A stretch of 32,591 nucleotides of DNA, from positions 1 through 32,591 of IMG/VR virus record IMGVR_UViG_3300006100_000039. One strand, 5' to 3'. The DNA comes from a virus (lineage: Duplodnaviria; Caudoviricetes). Shown piece after piece: positions 14,850 through 23,589 of this stretch. The translations under genes and the position numbers were made by a program. A model generated the notes under the pieces. The model did no database searches. It saw nothing but the letters and a program-made list of their open reading frames with translations, and was not told the DNA's origin. The stretch's first letter is position 1. The number at the start of each line of letters is the position of its first letter.

Positions 14850-15092
14850 CTATTCATCGGTTTCTTCCCCCGCCAAATTTTTTGGGTCGAGTCCTTCAAT
14901 GGCTTCAGATACAGGGCTACCCTGCTCTGCCATTTGCTGTGAAAAACTGCTTAAAAGTTCCCACAGTGCATCCATGTCATCAAATTCCGCGCCTTGTTCA
15001 GTAGTGGCTGTTCTCATGCCGTCAAGTACGGCAATTAGGCAACCAATTGTCATTAGGGCTTGTTCTTCTTCTAGGTTAATGTTGATGCTCAT
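14850..15092 (-). CDS. Acidic hypothetical protein (80 aa)
   Basis: ATGA overlap with the upstream ORF. Confidence 0.7.
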   Translation of the reverse strand: MSININLEEEQALMTIGCLIAVLDGMRTATTEQGAEFDDMDALWELLSSFSQQMAEQGSPVSEAIEGLDPKNLAGEETDE

Positions 15093-15295
15093 GTGTTTAG
15101 TCCTGTCTGTTCTTTAATTTGTTGATAAATGTCTCTTATCTGCTTAATGGATTCTAGCAGTTTTTCTTCCCCGTATTTTTTGTAAGACTCTTCCGAAAGG
15201 AATTCGGTTATGGATAGAGCCCCAAGCACGGCCAATACATCATTGGGTTTAAGAATGATGGCAAGTTTGTTTTCTGTAGTTACTTCTTTTTGCAT
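15089..15295 (-). CDS. Hypothetical protein (68 aa)
   Basis: GGAGG SD before ATG 15295. Confidence 0.65.
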   Translation of the reverse strand: MQKEVTTENKLAIILKPNDVLAVLGALSITEFLSEESYKKYGEEKLLESIKQIRDIYQQIKEQTGLNT

Positions 15296-15444
15296 GTGCA
15301 ATTTCCTCCGCATGGGCAAGCCTTTTTGGGTGCCTTGGATTTTTGGTAAATACCGTTTTTAACGCCTTGACTAAACATGTGGATAAAGAAACCCACTGCC
15401 ATAAAGAATAAAGCCGGTAATAGGAATACTAACAAAACGTGCAT
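15280..15444 (-). CDS. Small membrane protein with C-terminal CPCGGNCTC
   Basis: Hydrophobic N-terminus; AGAAGGA SD; promoter TTGACA(15507-15512)-17-TACATT(15484-15489). Confidence 0.65.
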   Translation of the reverse strand: MHVLLVFLLPALFFMAVGFFIHMFSQGVKNGIYQKSKAPKKACPCGGNCTCKKK

Positions 15445-15632
15445 TTTGTCCTTCTTTCTGGAGGTGCTTTCCCCCGCCAAAAAAATGTACCAGGGTTTTT
15501 TACTGCTGTCAAGTACCGGATGCTAAAGACCAAAACACGAGTACCATGAGCGAAAATTGGTAAAAAGTAAAACCCTTGAAAAATAAGGGTTTTTAAAGTA
15601 CTGGGTAGGTTAAATTTACCTGGTACTTTTTG

Positions 15633-16148
15633 TTAAATCTCTACCTTTCTAATAGGTAATGTAGTATTTAACAATTCTGAAACTGGGACCAAACGACCAT
15701 GAGAAGGGTAGACATTTCCATTGCCCAAATCTGTATGTGTTAAAAACCCCCTAAAACGATTTGGTCTTGAACTTAACTCTTTAATAAACCACTCTCTGGT
15801 TTTGACAAAGTTAAAAACGTAAAGTTCACCTGATTCAACAAAAAAATAGGCTAAAAGGTCTGCTTTTGACCTCATAAAACAACCTGGCGTACCCTTAATT
15901 TCATTACTTACGGTTTCAAAGGCAAAATTACCAGTTTCATGGCCCTGGGTGTCAACTTTTACTTCAATGGTTTTAACCCCATTGTCGTATTCCCAAATAA
16001 AATCAATGTCCATTTCAATTTGCACCTTTGCAGGAGCACCAATTATGGACACGGTTTCTTTAAGTTCCGCAAAATAATCTTTAACTTTGAGTATTCCTAA
16101 ATTTTCGGTACCTTGACGTTCTTTAAACGTTGCTATGCCTTTTTCCAT
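15633..16148 (-). CDS. PD-(D/E)xK-fold nuclease-like protein
   Basis: DIDF…IEVKVD….TGNF.FE…G….S.AD…Y motif; leaderless promoter. Confidence 0.7.
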   Translation of the reverse strand: MEKGIATFKERQGTENLGILKVKDYFAELKETVSIIGAPAKVQIEMDIDFIWEYDNGVKTIEVKVDTQGHETGNFAFETVSNEIKGTPGCFMRSKADLLAYFFVESGELYVFNFVKTREWFIKELSSRPNRFRGFLTHTDLGNGNVYPSHGRLVPVSELLNTTLPIRKVEI

Positions 16149-16184
16149 GATGCAAAGTTAGCACATTTGTGGTATAATTTCAAC
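16149..16184. promoter_or_regulatory. Overlapping divergent leaderless promoters
   Basis: Minus: TTGAAA(16178-16183)-17-TAACTT(16155-16160), 6 nt to ATG 16148. Plus: TGG-TATAAT(16173-16178), 6 nt to ATG 16185. Confidence 0.7.
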
Positions 16185-16523
16185 ATGCTTTTAGTAGACA
16201 AGATGCTGGCAGAAATGACCGAAGAAGAAACCGAATTTTTGACTCCAGGCGACTATGAAGCCTTAAAAGGCTACTTTTTTGAAATGGAATACGTTGGAAA
16301 TAACGGCAATTGGGTAGGTTACGTTATTTTGCCTAATGATGAAGAAGTAAAAATTATTTATTACAACGATACTGGCAACCTTAAGTACGAGAAAGGAACT
16401 GCTTACTATCAAATGGTAGAGGACGCTAATCGTGCGTTCCCAATGAATAGTTGCGCCATTGATACTATGTCAGCACTTTTAATGATTGCTGAGGCTCAGG
16501 GATGGGATGATGGAAATGACTGA
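16185..16523 (+). CDS. Acidic hypothetical protein (112 aa)
   Basis: Leaderless start 6 nt after TATAAT. Confidence 0.7.
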   Translation: MLLVDKMLAEMTEEETEFLTPGDYEALKGYFFEMEYVGNNGNWVGYVILPNDEEVKIIYYNDTGNLKYEKGTAYYQMVEDANRAFPMNSCAIDTMSALLMIAEAQGWDDGND

Positions 16524-17010
16524 CATTTGGCTGGATAAAGACCAGGTATGGGTTATAGGCCTTTATTCTAAAAATGGTAGGTCTTATTCAGAAATAGGCG
16601 TTTTTTACGAAGGGGAATTACCGCCTGTTGAGGCTTACGAAATATTTTCTCAAATTTGTTCCGCCGAACCAACCTGGCAAGCCGTTGAACATGCTTTGAA
16701 CTCAGAAATTACTGGTGAGTACGAAGTTAGACTTTGGAGCGAGACTCAAAAACGTTGTTTAGCAACTTTTATTTGGGACCTTCAAACGATGCAAGAGGCA
16801 ATAAACAACATTCCTGATAGGAAAAGTCATATTTTAACTATTGAGGTTGACCTTTTTGAAGACGAACAAGAAGAAGACCCAGAATTTTGGGATTGGGAAG
16901 AACTTGTTGCCACCCAAAGATTAAGAGTTCTTGCTATTGAAGAGTCATCTGCTATAATGGTAGAAAGTGCTTCAGAAGGAGAAGACAATGAAAACATGGA
17001 TTTGCCCTAA
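16516..17010 (+). CDS. Highly acidic hypothetical protein (about 164 aa; start uncertain, 16507-16516)
   Basis: Long ORF coupled to the upstream stop. Confidence 0.7.
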   Translation: MTDIWLDKDQVWVIGLYSKNGRSYSEIGVFYEGELPPVEAYEIFSQICSAEPTWQAVEHALNSEITGEYEVRLWSETQKRCLATFIWDLQTMQEAINNIPDRKSHILTIEVDLFEDEQEEDPEFWDWEELVATQRLRVLAIEESSAIMVESASEGEDNENMDLP

Positions 17011-17107
17011 ATGCAGTGCCGAAGTTAAGGCTAATGCTAAAGAAGTTGCTCATAAATGTCCAAACAACAAAAGCAAAATGACAAATTTTGAGGAAATTTC
17101 AAAATAA
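16988..17107 (+). CDS. Small zinc-ribbon protein (39 aa, CPKC…HKC)
   Basis: GAAGGAG SD; Cys/His ligands. Confidence 0.55.
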   Translation: MKTWICPKCSAEVKANAKEVAHKCPNNKSKMTNFEEISK

Positions 17108-17108
17108 G

Positions 17109-17137
17109 TTGACAATAGTCTATAAAAGTGGTAGGGT
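17109..17137 (+). promoter_or_regulatory. Promoter TTGACA-17-TAGGGT (TG extended) driving a non-coding transcript
   Basis: -35 at 17109-17114, -10 at 17132-17137. Confidence 0.7.
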
Positions 17138-17143
17138 TTTAAC

Positions 17144-17314
17144 GGACGAGAGCGACCCCTTCCGTCCCAACTTTCCGGGTCGTTTGTCCGCTGGGTTTTC
17201 CTTGCTTTCTCCCAGCTCGCTTGATGGGGTGGTGTGAGTAGGGTTTTGGAACTAACTCAACCACCCCGTCAGCAATAAAAAAACCGGCCCCCTTTCGGAG
17301 GCCGGTTTCTTTTT
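17144..17314 (+). ncRNA. Candidate small RNA of about 170 nt: three stem-loops plus terminator
   Basis: Own promoter; stems 17144-17189, 17190-17216 and 17219-17273 with G-U pairs specific to +; terminator 17281-17314; no plausible + ORF. Confidence 0.65.
17274..17314. terminator. Bidirectional intrinsic terminator
   Basis: A-run, then AAACCGGCC…GGCCGGTTT stem, then T-run, between convergent units. Confidence 0.8.
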
Positions 17315-17334
17315 GTTGTTTTTGTTTTTGACTC

Positions 17335-18039
17335 TTAATCAACAATTTCGCCATCGATAATATTCGCGGCCCAAGTTGGGTTTAAATCTGCACCCATTTC
17401 GTTAAGTTTTTTAGCAAACATATCACGAGCAGTTTCAATTTGTGCTTCAGATAACTTTAAGTCTTGACTTAAAATAATTGCCATAAATGCTGTTCCAACT
17501 AAATTTGCTTGATGTTCTTCAAGTTCAATAACTCTTTTACGCAAATCGTATTTCATCATAAACTCAAGAGCACCTTGATATCTTTCCCATGCTCTTTCAA
17601 CTATTTCAATCAATGCCCTAACGTGTTCAACGCCAGCCTTGTCTGTTACCTCAAGAATACCATTTAACTCGTTTAACTTGTCTTCTAAAATTAATGACCA
17701 AGCCTTCATTTTTGAAGCAAGTAAAAATGCTTCAACTTCTGGTGGTCCCATTGGTTCTGGTTGACCCAATCTTTCCGAAAGGGTTGCTAATTCTTTTTTC
17801 ATTTGAACTTGAACTGCACCACGAACATGACTAGGTGAATTACCTAAATGCCATTTACATTTTCCTTCGCCAAAATGGTCTGTTCCCATGCCTGCAGTTT
17901 TAATGCAATACCGTTCTAGTTCTAGTTCTTTAAGTTCTTTGTTGCGCAATTTTGCGCCACATTTTCCCTCAATAGGTGCGTCACTGCCAGGAACTTTTTG
18001 TCCAGGATATCTATTTTCCCAAATTTCTTGGTCAGTCAT
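17335..18039 (-). CDS. terS: Probable terminase small subunit (HGGxSTG-like Zn domain)
   Basis: CGAK.R…C…AG.GTDH.G.G.C..H.G N-terminal motif followed by a helical region. Confidence 0.6.
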   Translation of the reverse strand: MTDQEIWENRYPGQKVPGSDAPIEGKCGAKLRNKELKELELERYCIKTAGMGTDHFGEGKCKWHLGNSPSHVRGAVQVQMKKELATLSERLGQPEPMGPPEVEAFLLASKMKAWSLILEDKLNELNGILEVTDKAGVEHVRALIEIVERAWERYQGALEFMMKYDLRKRVIELEEHQANLVGTAFMAIILSQDLKLSEAQIETARDMFAKKLNEMGADLNPTWAANIIDGEIVD

Positions 18040-18149
18040 TTTTCTTCTTTTTTTGTAAATTTGATGTGTCTACCCAAATGGTAGCCCAATTTGTTTTGAT
18101 GAACTTCAAACTTTTTTCTGTTGTCCAAAAACTTAAAAATGTTTTCCCT

Positions 18150-18347
18150 TTAAACATTAAACCACCAATCGGGAAGAGCCCAATCTTCTGGTGTTCCCAA
18201 TCTTACAACATGACAACAAGGGTCACTACCCTCTTCCCACGCGCGTTCTTCCGTTTCATGTTGAGGAGATGAATCGTGAGTCATGCAAAATTGTTGCGTG
18301 CAAAACCCATTTTCCATTCCGTATTTTATCCATTCATCAAAGTTCAT
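18150..18347 (-). CDS. Conserved hypothetical actinophage protein (65 aa)
   Basis: F.EW…G…G.C….C.THD..P…E…W..G.DPC.HVVRL pattern. Confidence 0.75.
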   Translation of the reverse strand: MNFDEWIKYGMENGFCTQQFCMTHDSSPQHETEERAWEEGSDPCCHVVRLGTPEDWALPDWWFNV

Positions 18348-18364
18348 TTATTTGCCTTTTTTAT

Positions 18365-18841
18365 TTACCAGCCGCGACCGCAACCAAATTGGTCAGGGAC
18401 GTATTCTGGTATTCCTGCTGTTGCTTGTATTTTTCTTGCGATAAAAACTTGTTGTTCAGGACTTGCAGCGTACAACGGTCCAAACAACTTTAATCCACCA
18501 TACTGTACCCAGTTGGTTTCTAGTATTCCTAAACCACCTGAATAAACAGGTCCCCTAGCATGCCAATTACCACCTTGTTCACATTGAGCAACTTTTTCCC
18601 ATTTAGCCACAATTTCCGGAGAAACAAGTGGTGGTGGAAAAAGTGTTGTCGTCGTCGTTGACTCATTAATGTGAGTTAAAGAAGGCGGTGCAACGGGTGG
18701 TGTTAGTAATGATGCTGGGTTCCATGATGCCCCCACTTCTGTAGTTGTAGTTAAAGTTGCGTCTGCCGAACTTTTAGTTGGCAATGCTGTACCTAAACCA
18801 AAACTACTTACGGTCAAAAGGACAATTGATAGATATTTCAT
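18365..18841 (-). CDS. Secreted resuscitation-promoting-factor (Rpf)-like transglycosylase
   Basis: Signal peptide, Thr/Pro linker, W..VAQCE.GGNW…Y.GGL….W..YGG…AS.EQQ..IA motif. Confidence 0.85.
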   Translation of the reverse strand: MKYLSIVLLTVSSFGLGTALPTKSSADATLTTTTEVGASWNPASLLTPPVAPPSLTHINESTTTTTLFPPPLVSPEIVAKWEKVAQCEQGGNWHARGPVYSGGLGILETNWVQYGGLKLFGPLYAASPEQQVFIARKIQATAGIPEYVPDQFGCGRGW

Positions 18842-18851
18842 CTATTCCCTT

Positions 18852-19346
18852 CTACTTCGACCCACAGTGAAGATTTTTCACTGGGCCAACCACGCTCGGG
18901 GAGTATTTAATTGCTACTTCCACGGCGTAGTTAAGTTCTTCTGGGCCTATTTCTTCGCAACCTTCAAGGTAGCCAAGTGAATAGGGGGAACCTGAACCAA
19001 TCGCTAAATACGGCGATTCCATTTCAATCATCGCAAAGTCACCTTGAATAATGACTAATGGACGACCTGGCCAAGCGCAAATAATTTCCATCTCTTTGAT
19101 GGACTCATCTTCACCCTTGACTTCTTTGAGCATAGAAACAATAGTCTCTGGGCTCACTTTTCTTGCCTTTAACTTCGACAAGAGATTTATAACGCGCCAA
19201 GAACCGGCTGCGCCAATAATTCCATTACCCGCGTGAATAATTGCTTTTGGAGTGCGGGCAGCAAGTACCATGTCGTCATCGCTTGATGCCGAGTCATAAT
19301 ACATCCAACAATCTGTTTCGTTTGTATAGGCTACGACTACTGTCAT
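18852..19346 (-). CDS. HslV/proteasome-beta-like Ntn hydrolase
   Basis: N-terminal MT (Thr1), DS…K, GAAGS and AIGSGS motifs; ATGA coupling. Confidence 0.75.
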   Translation of the reverse strand: MTVVVAYTNETDCWMYYDSASSDDDMVLAARTPKAIIHAGNGIIGAAGSWRVINLLSKLKARKVSPETIVSMLKEVKGEDESIKEMEIICAWPGRPLVIIQGDFAMIEMESPYLAIGSGSPYSLGYLEGCEEIGPEELNYAVEVAIKYSPSVVGPVKNLHCGSK

Positions 19347-20554
19347 ATAAGCCCTCCATCCCAAGCGCCTTCAACCAACCAGTTTTTGTCACGCATAATG
19401 CGGTCTGGCCAGTTTACACCCTGCAAACGGTCGCCTCTATAGCGCTTTACGTGCATGGTCGTTGGGTCTCTATTGTCTTTATACAATGATATACCAATTT
19501 CGGGCCATGCCATCCAACGTTGAGAACCCATAGGAGAAAGCTCGCGTTTTTCACCGGCCTTACCTTTTGCAGCATGGTGCTCCATAATAAGAGCAAACTC
19601 ATGTTTTGTTCTTAAATCATCAAGAACCGCCATTGCTTCATCAGCAGAATCTTCGTACGACTCACCTGTTTGTCTACGATACATTTTGTAAATAGGACCA
19701 ATACAAACAAGTTCTGGTTTGTGAAATGCAATCTCTCGTTGCAACTCTGCCCTGTCAGACAAACTACGAATTTCAATACCACCAGGTCGCCTAAAAAAAC
19801 GAAGCCGCTCTGCATCAAACGATGCGCCATCTAATTCACGAAGCATGTTCATGTATGGAACTGCGGTTTGAGTAATTGCTTGCGTAGGGTTTTCAAGGTC
19901 AATAATTAAAGCGCGAACCGGTTCAATTCTTTGATGGCTAAATGGGTGATAACCCTGAGAAGCAGACATTGCTATTGTTCTAAGCAAAAGTGATTTACCA
20001 GCGCCTTCTTCGGCAACAACAATAGTTCTATAATCTCTGTGCATCATTCCCGGAATAACAACCGGCGCAATGGCCTCTGCACGGTCAGCCAACTCGTAAA
20101 GTGTTAATGACTCTGGACCTGTGGCGTGAATGTTTCCAATAGTAGAAACAGATTTTTCTACCAACTTAGCCTGTTCGTAAGGGTCTAAACCAATACGAAT
20201 ATTTTTTACAGCATCGCTAAAGTCCTTAATCAGTTTTCTAGAAACAGAATGTTTATAGACAATCGATGAATAATTTGCAACGTTGTTCCATGTTGGAACG
20301 TTAATGCAAATGCCCATAAGTCTTTCAACCGCCGATGGGTCATTTGCTTCTGAAGAAACAGTTATTGCATCAATTGCCACCCCTTTTTTGTAAAGAGATG
20401 TAATAGCAGAAAACATCCTTGCGTGAAAAGGGCTGTAAAAATCTGCCTCATTAACTAAATCAATAGCAACCATAACTGCTTCACGGTTTAAAACCATTGA
20501 ACCAATTACAGAGTCTTCAGCCAATAAATCGTAGGGAATCTTTTCTTCGCCCAT
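19343..20554 (-). CDS. Replicative helicase: DnaB N-terminal domain + RecA-like (AAA_25/RepA) ATPase
   Basis: P.D..AE.SVIG…DFY…H..F.AI..L N-domain; AEEGAGKS Walker A; IDLEN; EHH; P.GS. Confidence 0.85.
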   Translation of the reverse strand: MGEEKIPYDLLAEDSVIGSMVLNREAVMVAIDLVNEADFYSPFHARMFSAITSLYKKGVAIDAITVSSEANDPSAVERLMGICINVPTWNNVANYSSIVYKHSVSRKLIKDFSDAVKNIRIGLDPYEQAKLVEKSVSTIGNIHATGPESLTLYELADRAEAIAPVVIPGMMHRDYRTIVVAEEGAGKSLLLRTIAMSASQGYHPFSHQRIEPVRALIIDLENPTQAITQTAVPYMNMLRELDGASFDAERLRFFRRPGGIEIRSLSDRAELQREIAFHKPELVCIGPIYKMYRRQTGESYEDSADEAMAVLDDLRTKHEFALIMEHHAAKGKAGEKRELSPMGSQRWMAWPEIGISLYKDNRDPTTMHVKRYRGDRLQGVNWPDRIMRDKNWLVEGAWDGGLI

Positions 20555-21444
20555 TAAATAATGTACCTTCGCTTCCCGTCCGCTGTGTTGATTTCGTATG
20601 GCTTGCCAAATTGGTCAACTAATCGACCCTTGCCGTCGACTGGTCTACTGTAGCCGTGTTTAGCAGGATTGTCAAGAAGCATCTCTCCATTGCCATTGGT
20701 CCAACAAGAAAAATCATCGTAATCGTCGTAAATAATTGCTGATTTGTACTCATCACCCTCGAGAGAATGGGTAGACTCCTCTGAGGTTGAAGGCAAGAAA
20801 TCACGCCATCGTTCGTCGGGACCAAAAAATGTTGCGGGGTGCATAATAAACTTTTGCTCTTGTCCACGCTTTTCTTCAGCGTAATTTTTGCAAGCAAGGA
20901 GCATCTCGTCCTGCGAACAACCTCTATTGACAGAAGCGCTATATGCCCTAAAAGCACCGGCCTTGTTTACATGCCTTGGGTAAATCTTCCAAATGGCTTT
21001 AAACTCTTCGCTAAACTGATTTTTCTTAGGTTTTTCAACACGTTCGTTATTATCATTATTCTTTATATTTATATATTCATTAGTGTTGGATTTGCCTGCG
21101 CCGGGAAAACCTGCGCCGGATAATCCGTCTGTGGTTGCGGATAATCCGTCTGTGGTGGGCTCCTCGTAAACCTCTGTGGTCATGCTGTCGTAAGAACCTG
21201 AAGCACCACGGGTTCTGCTTCTCTGAATGTAACCAGCCTCTTCCAACTCCCTAAGACCCGCTCTGACGGCATCTCTGCCATCAGGACCCTGGGTAATCAA
21301 ATGCTCAATAACAACTTCCCAGTTGTCAGGTTTTGACATTAAATAGGCATGAAGACCTCTTGCCTTCCATGACAAACGACTGTCCTCAAGTGGCACCTTT
21401 GAAATAATGACGTATCTGTCTCGGTTGGGCGTGCGAATAATCAT
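20554..21444 (-). CDS. Phage replication initiator (wHTH N-terminus, DnaD/DnaT-like C-terminus)
   Basis: D.RLSWKARGL..YL.S.P..W…L.ELE..GYI; F..IW..YPR..NK..A; FI.HPATF. Confidence 0.8.
   Translation of the reverse strand: MIIRTPNRDRYVIISKVPLEDSRLSWKARGLHAYLMSKPDNWEVVIEHLITQGPDGRDAVRAGLRELEEAGYIQRSRTRGASGSYDSMTTEVYEEPTTDGLSATTDGLSGAGFPGAGKSNTNEYINIKNNDNNERVEKPKKNQFSEEFKAIWKIYPRHVNKAGAFRAYSASVNRGCSQDEMLLACKNYAEEKRGQEQKFIMHPATFFGPDERWRDFLPSTSEESTHSLEGDEYKSAIIYDDYDDFSCWTNGNGEMLLDNPAKHGYSRPVDGKGRLVDQFGKPYEINTADGKRRYII
21047..21156. repeat. Putative replication origin inside the initiator gene (iterons + AT-rich segment)
   Basis: CGGATAATCCGTCTGTGGT at 21117-21135 and 21138-21156; CCTGCGCCGG at 21095 and 21110; AT-rich 21047-21082. 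Confidence 0.65.
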
Positions 21445-23492
21445 TTCGTTTGACCACGCTTTACGAAGTCACTAATAAGCCCGTCGATGATACTCTCCCC
21501 CTCAGTAACATCAATGCCATCCGTTACAGCATCAATGATTTGCTTCTTGTTTTGTAAAAGCTCGTAAATCTTTTCGTCAATAGTCTTCGGCGCTAGCAAA
21601 TACCAAGCGGTAGCACCGTGCATGTCGTTTGCTCTAGCGTAACAACGACTAACACATTGTTCGTGCATAGTCGGAGTCCAGGCAAGCTCACAAAAGATTA
21701 CATCACTAGCAGCGGTCAATGTCAAGCCTTCTGACGCTGCGGTCATATTGGCAACAAAAACCCTGCAATCGGGGTCATTTTGAAACCTGTCAACGGCTTC
21801 TTGGCGGTCCTTTACAGACACTCCACCACGAACCTTAACAGCCTTGTCTTTATATCGTTCGTACAGTTTTTCAACAAAGTCAATGTGCTCAGCAAAAATA
21901 ATTACTTTTTCGCCGTCACTTGACTCTAGAAAATTATCAATCCATTGGGCGATGGTGTCGTATTTTATTTCAGAAACAACGTTACGCAAACCAGTAATAC
22001 GAACAAGATTTTCTGCGCGCTCAAGTCGAATTTTTTTCTGCCAGTAGGCATCCGTGCCATCACTGCCGTCTTCTTCAGCAATTTCCTCCGCCCTACGAGC
22101 AAAGTATTCAATAATGTCGTTTTCTACTTCCCTGTACCGACTCATTGATTTTTCATCAATCGTCAAGTATTGCAAGGCATTTCGCAACTCAGGAAGTTCC
22201 GTATAAACATCGGACTTAAGTCTTCTGACAAAACACAATTCTCTTAGTTTTTGATTCAACTCTGTTGTGTTAATGGCAACATTACGTTTCGGGGCGTAAC
22301 GATTCTTAAACCGCCACGAACCACCAAACTTATCAAGCCTGCCAACTGCTTCAAGTTGAGGAATAAGTTCTTCGGGTCTGTTGGTAATCGGAGTACCGGT
22401 TAGTAATAAAACAAAATCTTCAGGTCCGAGGGACTTAGCCAACTTCATAACCGCGCTAGTTCTTTTTACGCTCCAGTGTTCCTCGGGTTTGGAAAAGTTG
22501 CGTAAACACGAGCCGCATTGTTTTGCGTTTGCACGACAAGACACATGGCAATTGGGACAACGGTGAGACTTCCTGCCATTTTTTATTGCGTGGGATTCGT
22601 CAACAATAAGTGAACAAAATCCATGTTCAAACAAATCATTTAAACGCTCATAGCAAATGTCATAATTAACTATTACAACGTCACTTTTCTCTATGGAAGA
22701 ACTCTTTGTTCCATTGAGAATAGTAATGCTTAATTTTGGAAAAAATTTTTGAACTTCCCTCTGCCAGTTGAGCTTAAGAGTATTTGGGCATACAACCACT
22801 ACTGGCAGAGAGTTCTCTGTCATAATTGTGGCTATGGCTTGTGCTGTCTTACCGAGGCCCGGCTGGTCACCTAAAATTCCTTTACGGACTTGTTTCAGGT
22901 AAGACACCCCGGCTTTTTGGTATGGCAAAAGGGGTATAGCAATGCCGGGTATGTCAATGTTTGCATCAGTAGCAACTGAGGCTCTAGATAGTTTTTGCGT
23001 TTTTAAAGCAATGCTTTCTGCTTCACGCATAAGGCTTGGGGAGATAGAAAGGCCGTAATTAACGGCAAAAGCCAAAATATCAATAGCGTTATTTGTTGGT
23101 GCTCTCCAGCACTTGGTCTCCCCGCCCCAATAAACATTAGGAACAAACATCCTAATTGCTTCAATAAGTTGGGGGTTATAACTAAAAGAGACGGTAACTT
23201 CGTCACCATCTATATTTACCTGAAATTCCTGGTCAGGTTGCTTTTCTTCCTCAGAATTAAATAATTTATTAAATTCTTCCGGAAGCGTGATTCTGTATTT
23301 TTGGGCTAAAGCCTTTACCATTGGGGCCGCGGTTAATGGAAATGAGTTTGTCTTTGTTGTTGCGTTCCATCGACGACCTTCAATCTGCCGACAGTCCTCA
23401 ACAAAAACTCTGCTGAACCTACAAACGACGTGGATTTCACCCCTGTCAATGTAAGCGTAGTTTTTCTGTATAAATGAAAATTTCCGTCCCAT
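21441..23492 (-). CDS. SNF2-family (SMARCAL1/HARP-like) helicase with zinc-ribbon insertion
   Basis: PYQ..GV, DQPGLGKT, DESH, LTGTP, EGLTLT and SRCYAR motifs; two HARP-like N-terminal repeats; CPNC…CGSC insert; promoter TTGACT-17-TACCCT at 23502-23530. Confidence 0.9.
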   Translation of the reverse strand: MGRKFSFIQKNYAYIDRGEIHVVCRFSRVFVEDCRQIEGRRWNATTKTNSFPLTAAPMVKALAQKYRITLPEEFNKLFNSEEEKQPDQEFQVNIDGDEVTVSFSYNPQLIEAIRMFVPNVYWGGETKCWRAPTNNAIDILAFAVNYGLSISPSLMREAESIALKTQKLSRASVATDANIDIPGIAIPLLPYQKAGVSYLKQVRKGILGDQPGLGKTAQAIATIMTENSLPVVVVCPNTLKLNWQREVQKFFPKLSITILNGTKSSSIEKSDVVIVNYDICYERLNDLFEHGFCSLIVDESHAIKNGRKSHRCPNCHVSCRANAKQCGSCLRNFSKPEEHWSVKRTSAVMKLAKSLGPEDFVLLLTGTPITNRPEELIPQLEAVGRLDKFGGSWRFKNRYAPKRNVAINTTELNQKLRELCFVRRLKSDVYTELPELRNALQYLTIDEKSMSRYREVENDIIEYFARRAEEIAEEDGSDGTDAYWQKKIRLERAENLVRITGLRNVVSEIKYDTIAQWIDNFLESSDGEKVIIFAEHIDFVEKLYERYKDKAVKVRGGVSVKDRQEAVDRFQNDPDCRVFVANMTAASEGLTLTAASDVIFCELAWTPTMHEQCVSRCYARANDMHGATAWYLLAPKTIDEKIYELLQNKKQIIDAVTDGIDVTEGESIIDGLISDFVKRGQTK

Positions 23493-23589
23493 GGAGCAAT
23501 CAGGGTACCAGGAAAAAGTTGTTAAGTCAACAGTTGTTTTAAACATTTGTTTATGGTACGCTCAAGGCACAAATAAACAAGGAGAAGTC

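Noticed and set aside
17139-17354. 71-aa minus-strand ORF
   Set aside because: It runs through a bidirectional terminator and is antisense to a promoter-driven structured RNA candidate.
23491-23589. Extended N-termini of recA (23491) and the helicase (23546) given in the ORF track
   Set aside because: They would overlap head-to-head across the divergent promoter region. SD and promoter positions favour 23590 and 23492.
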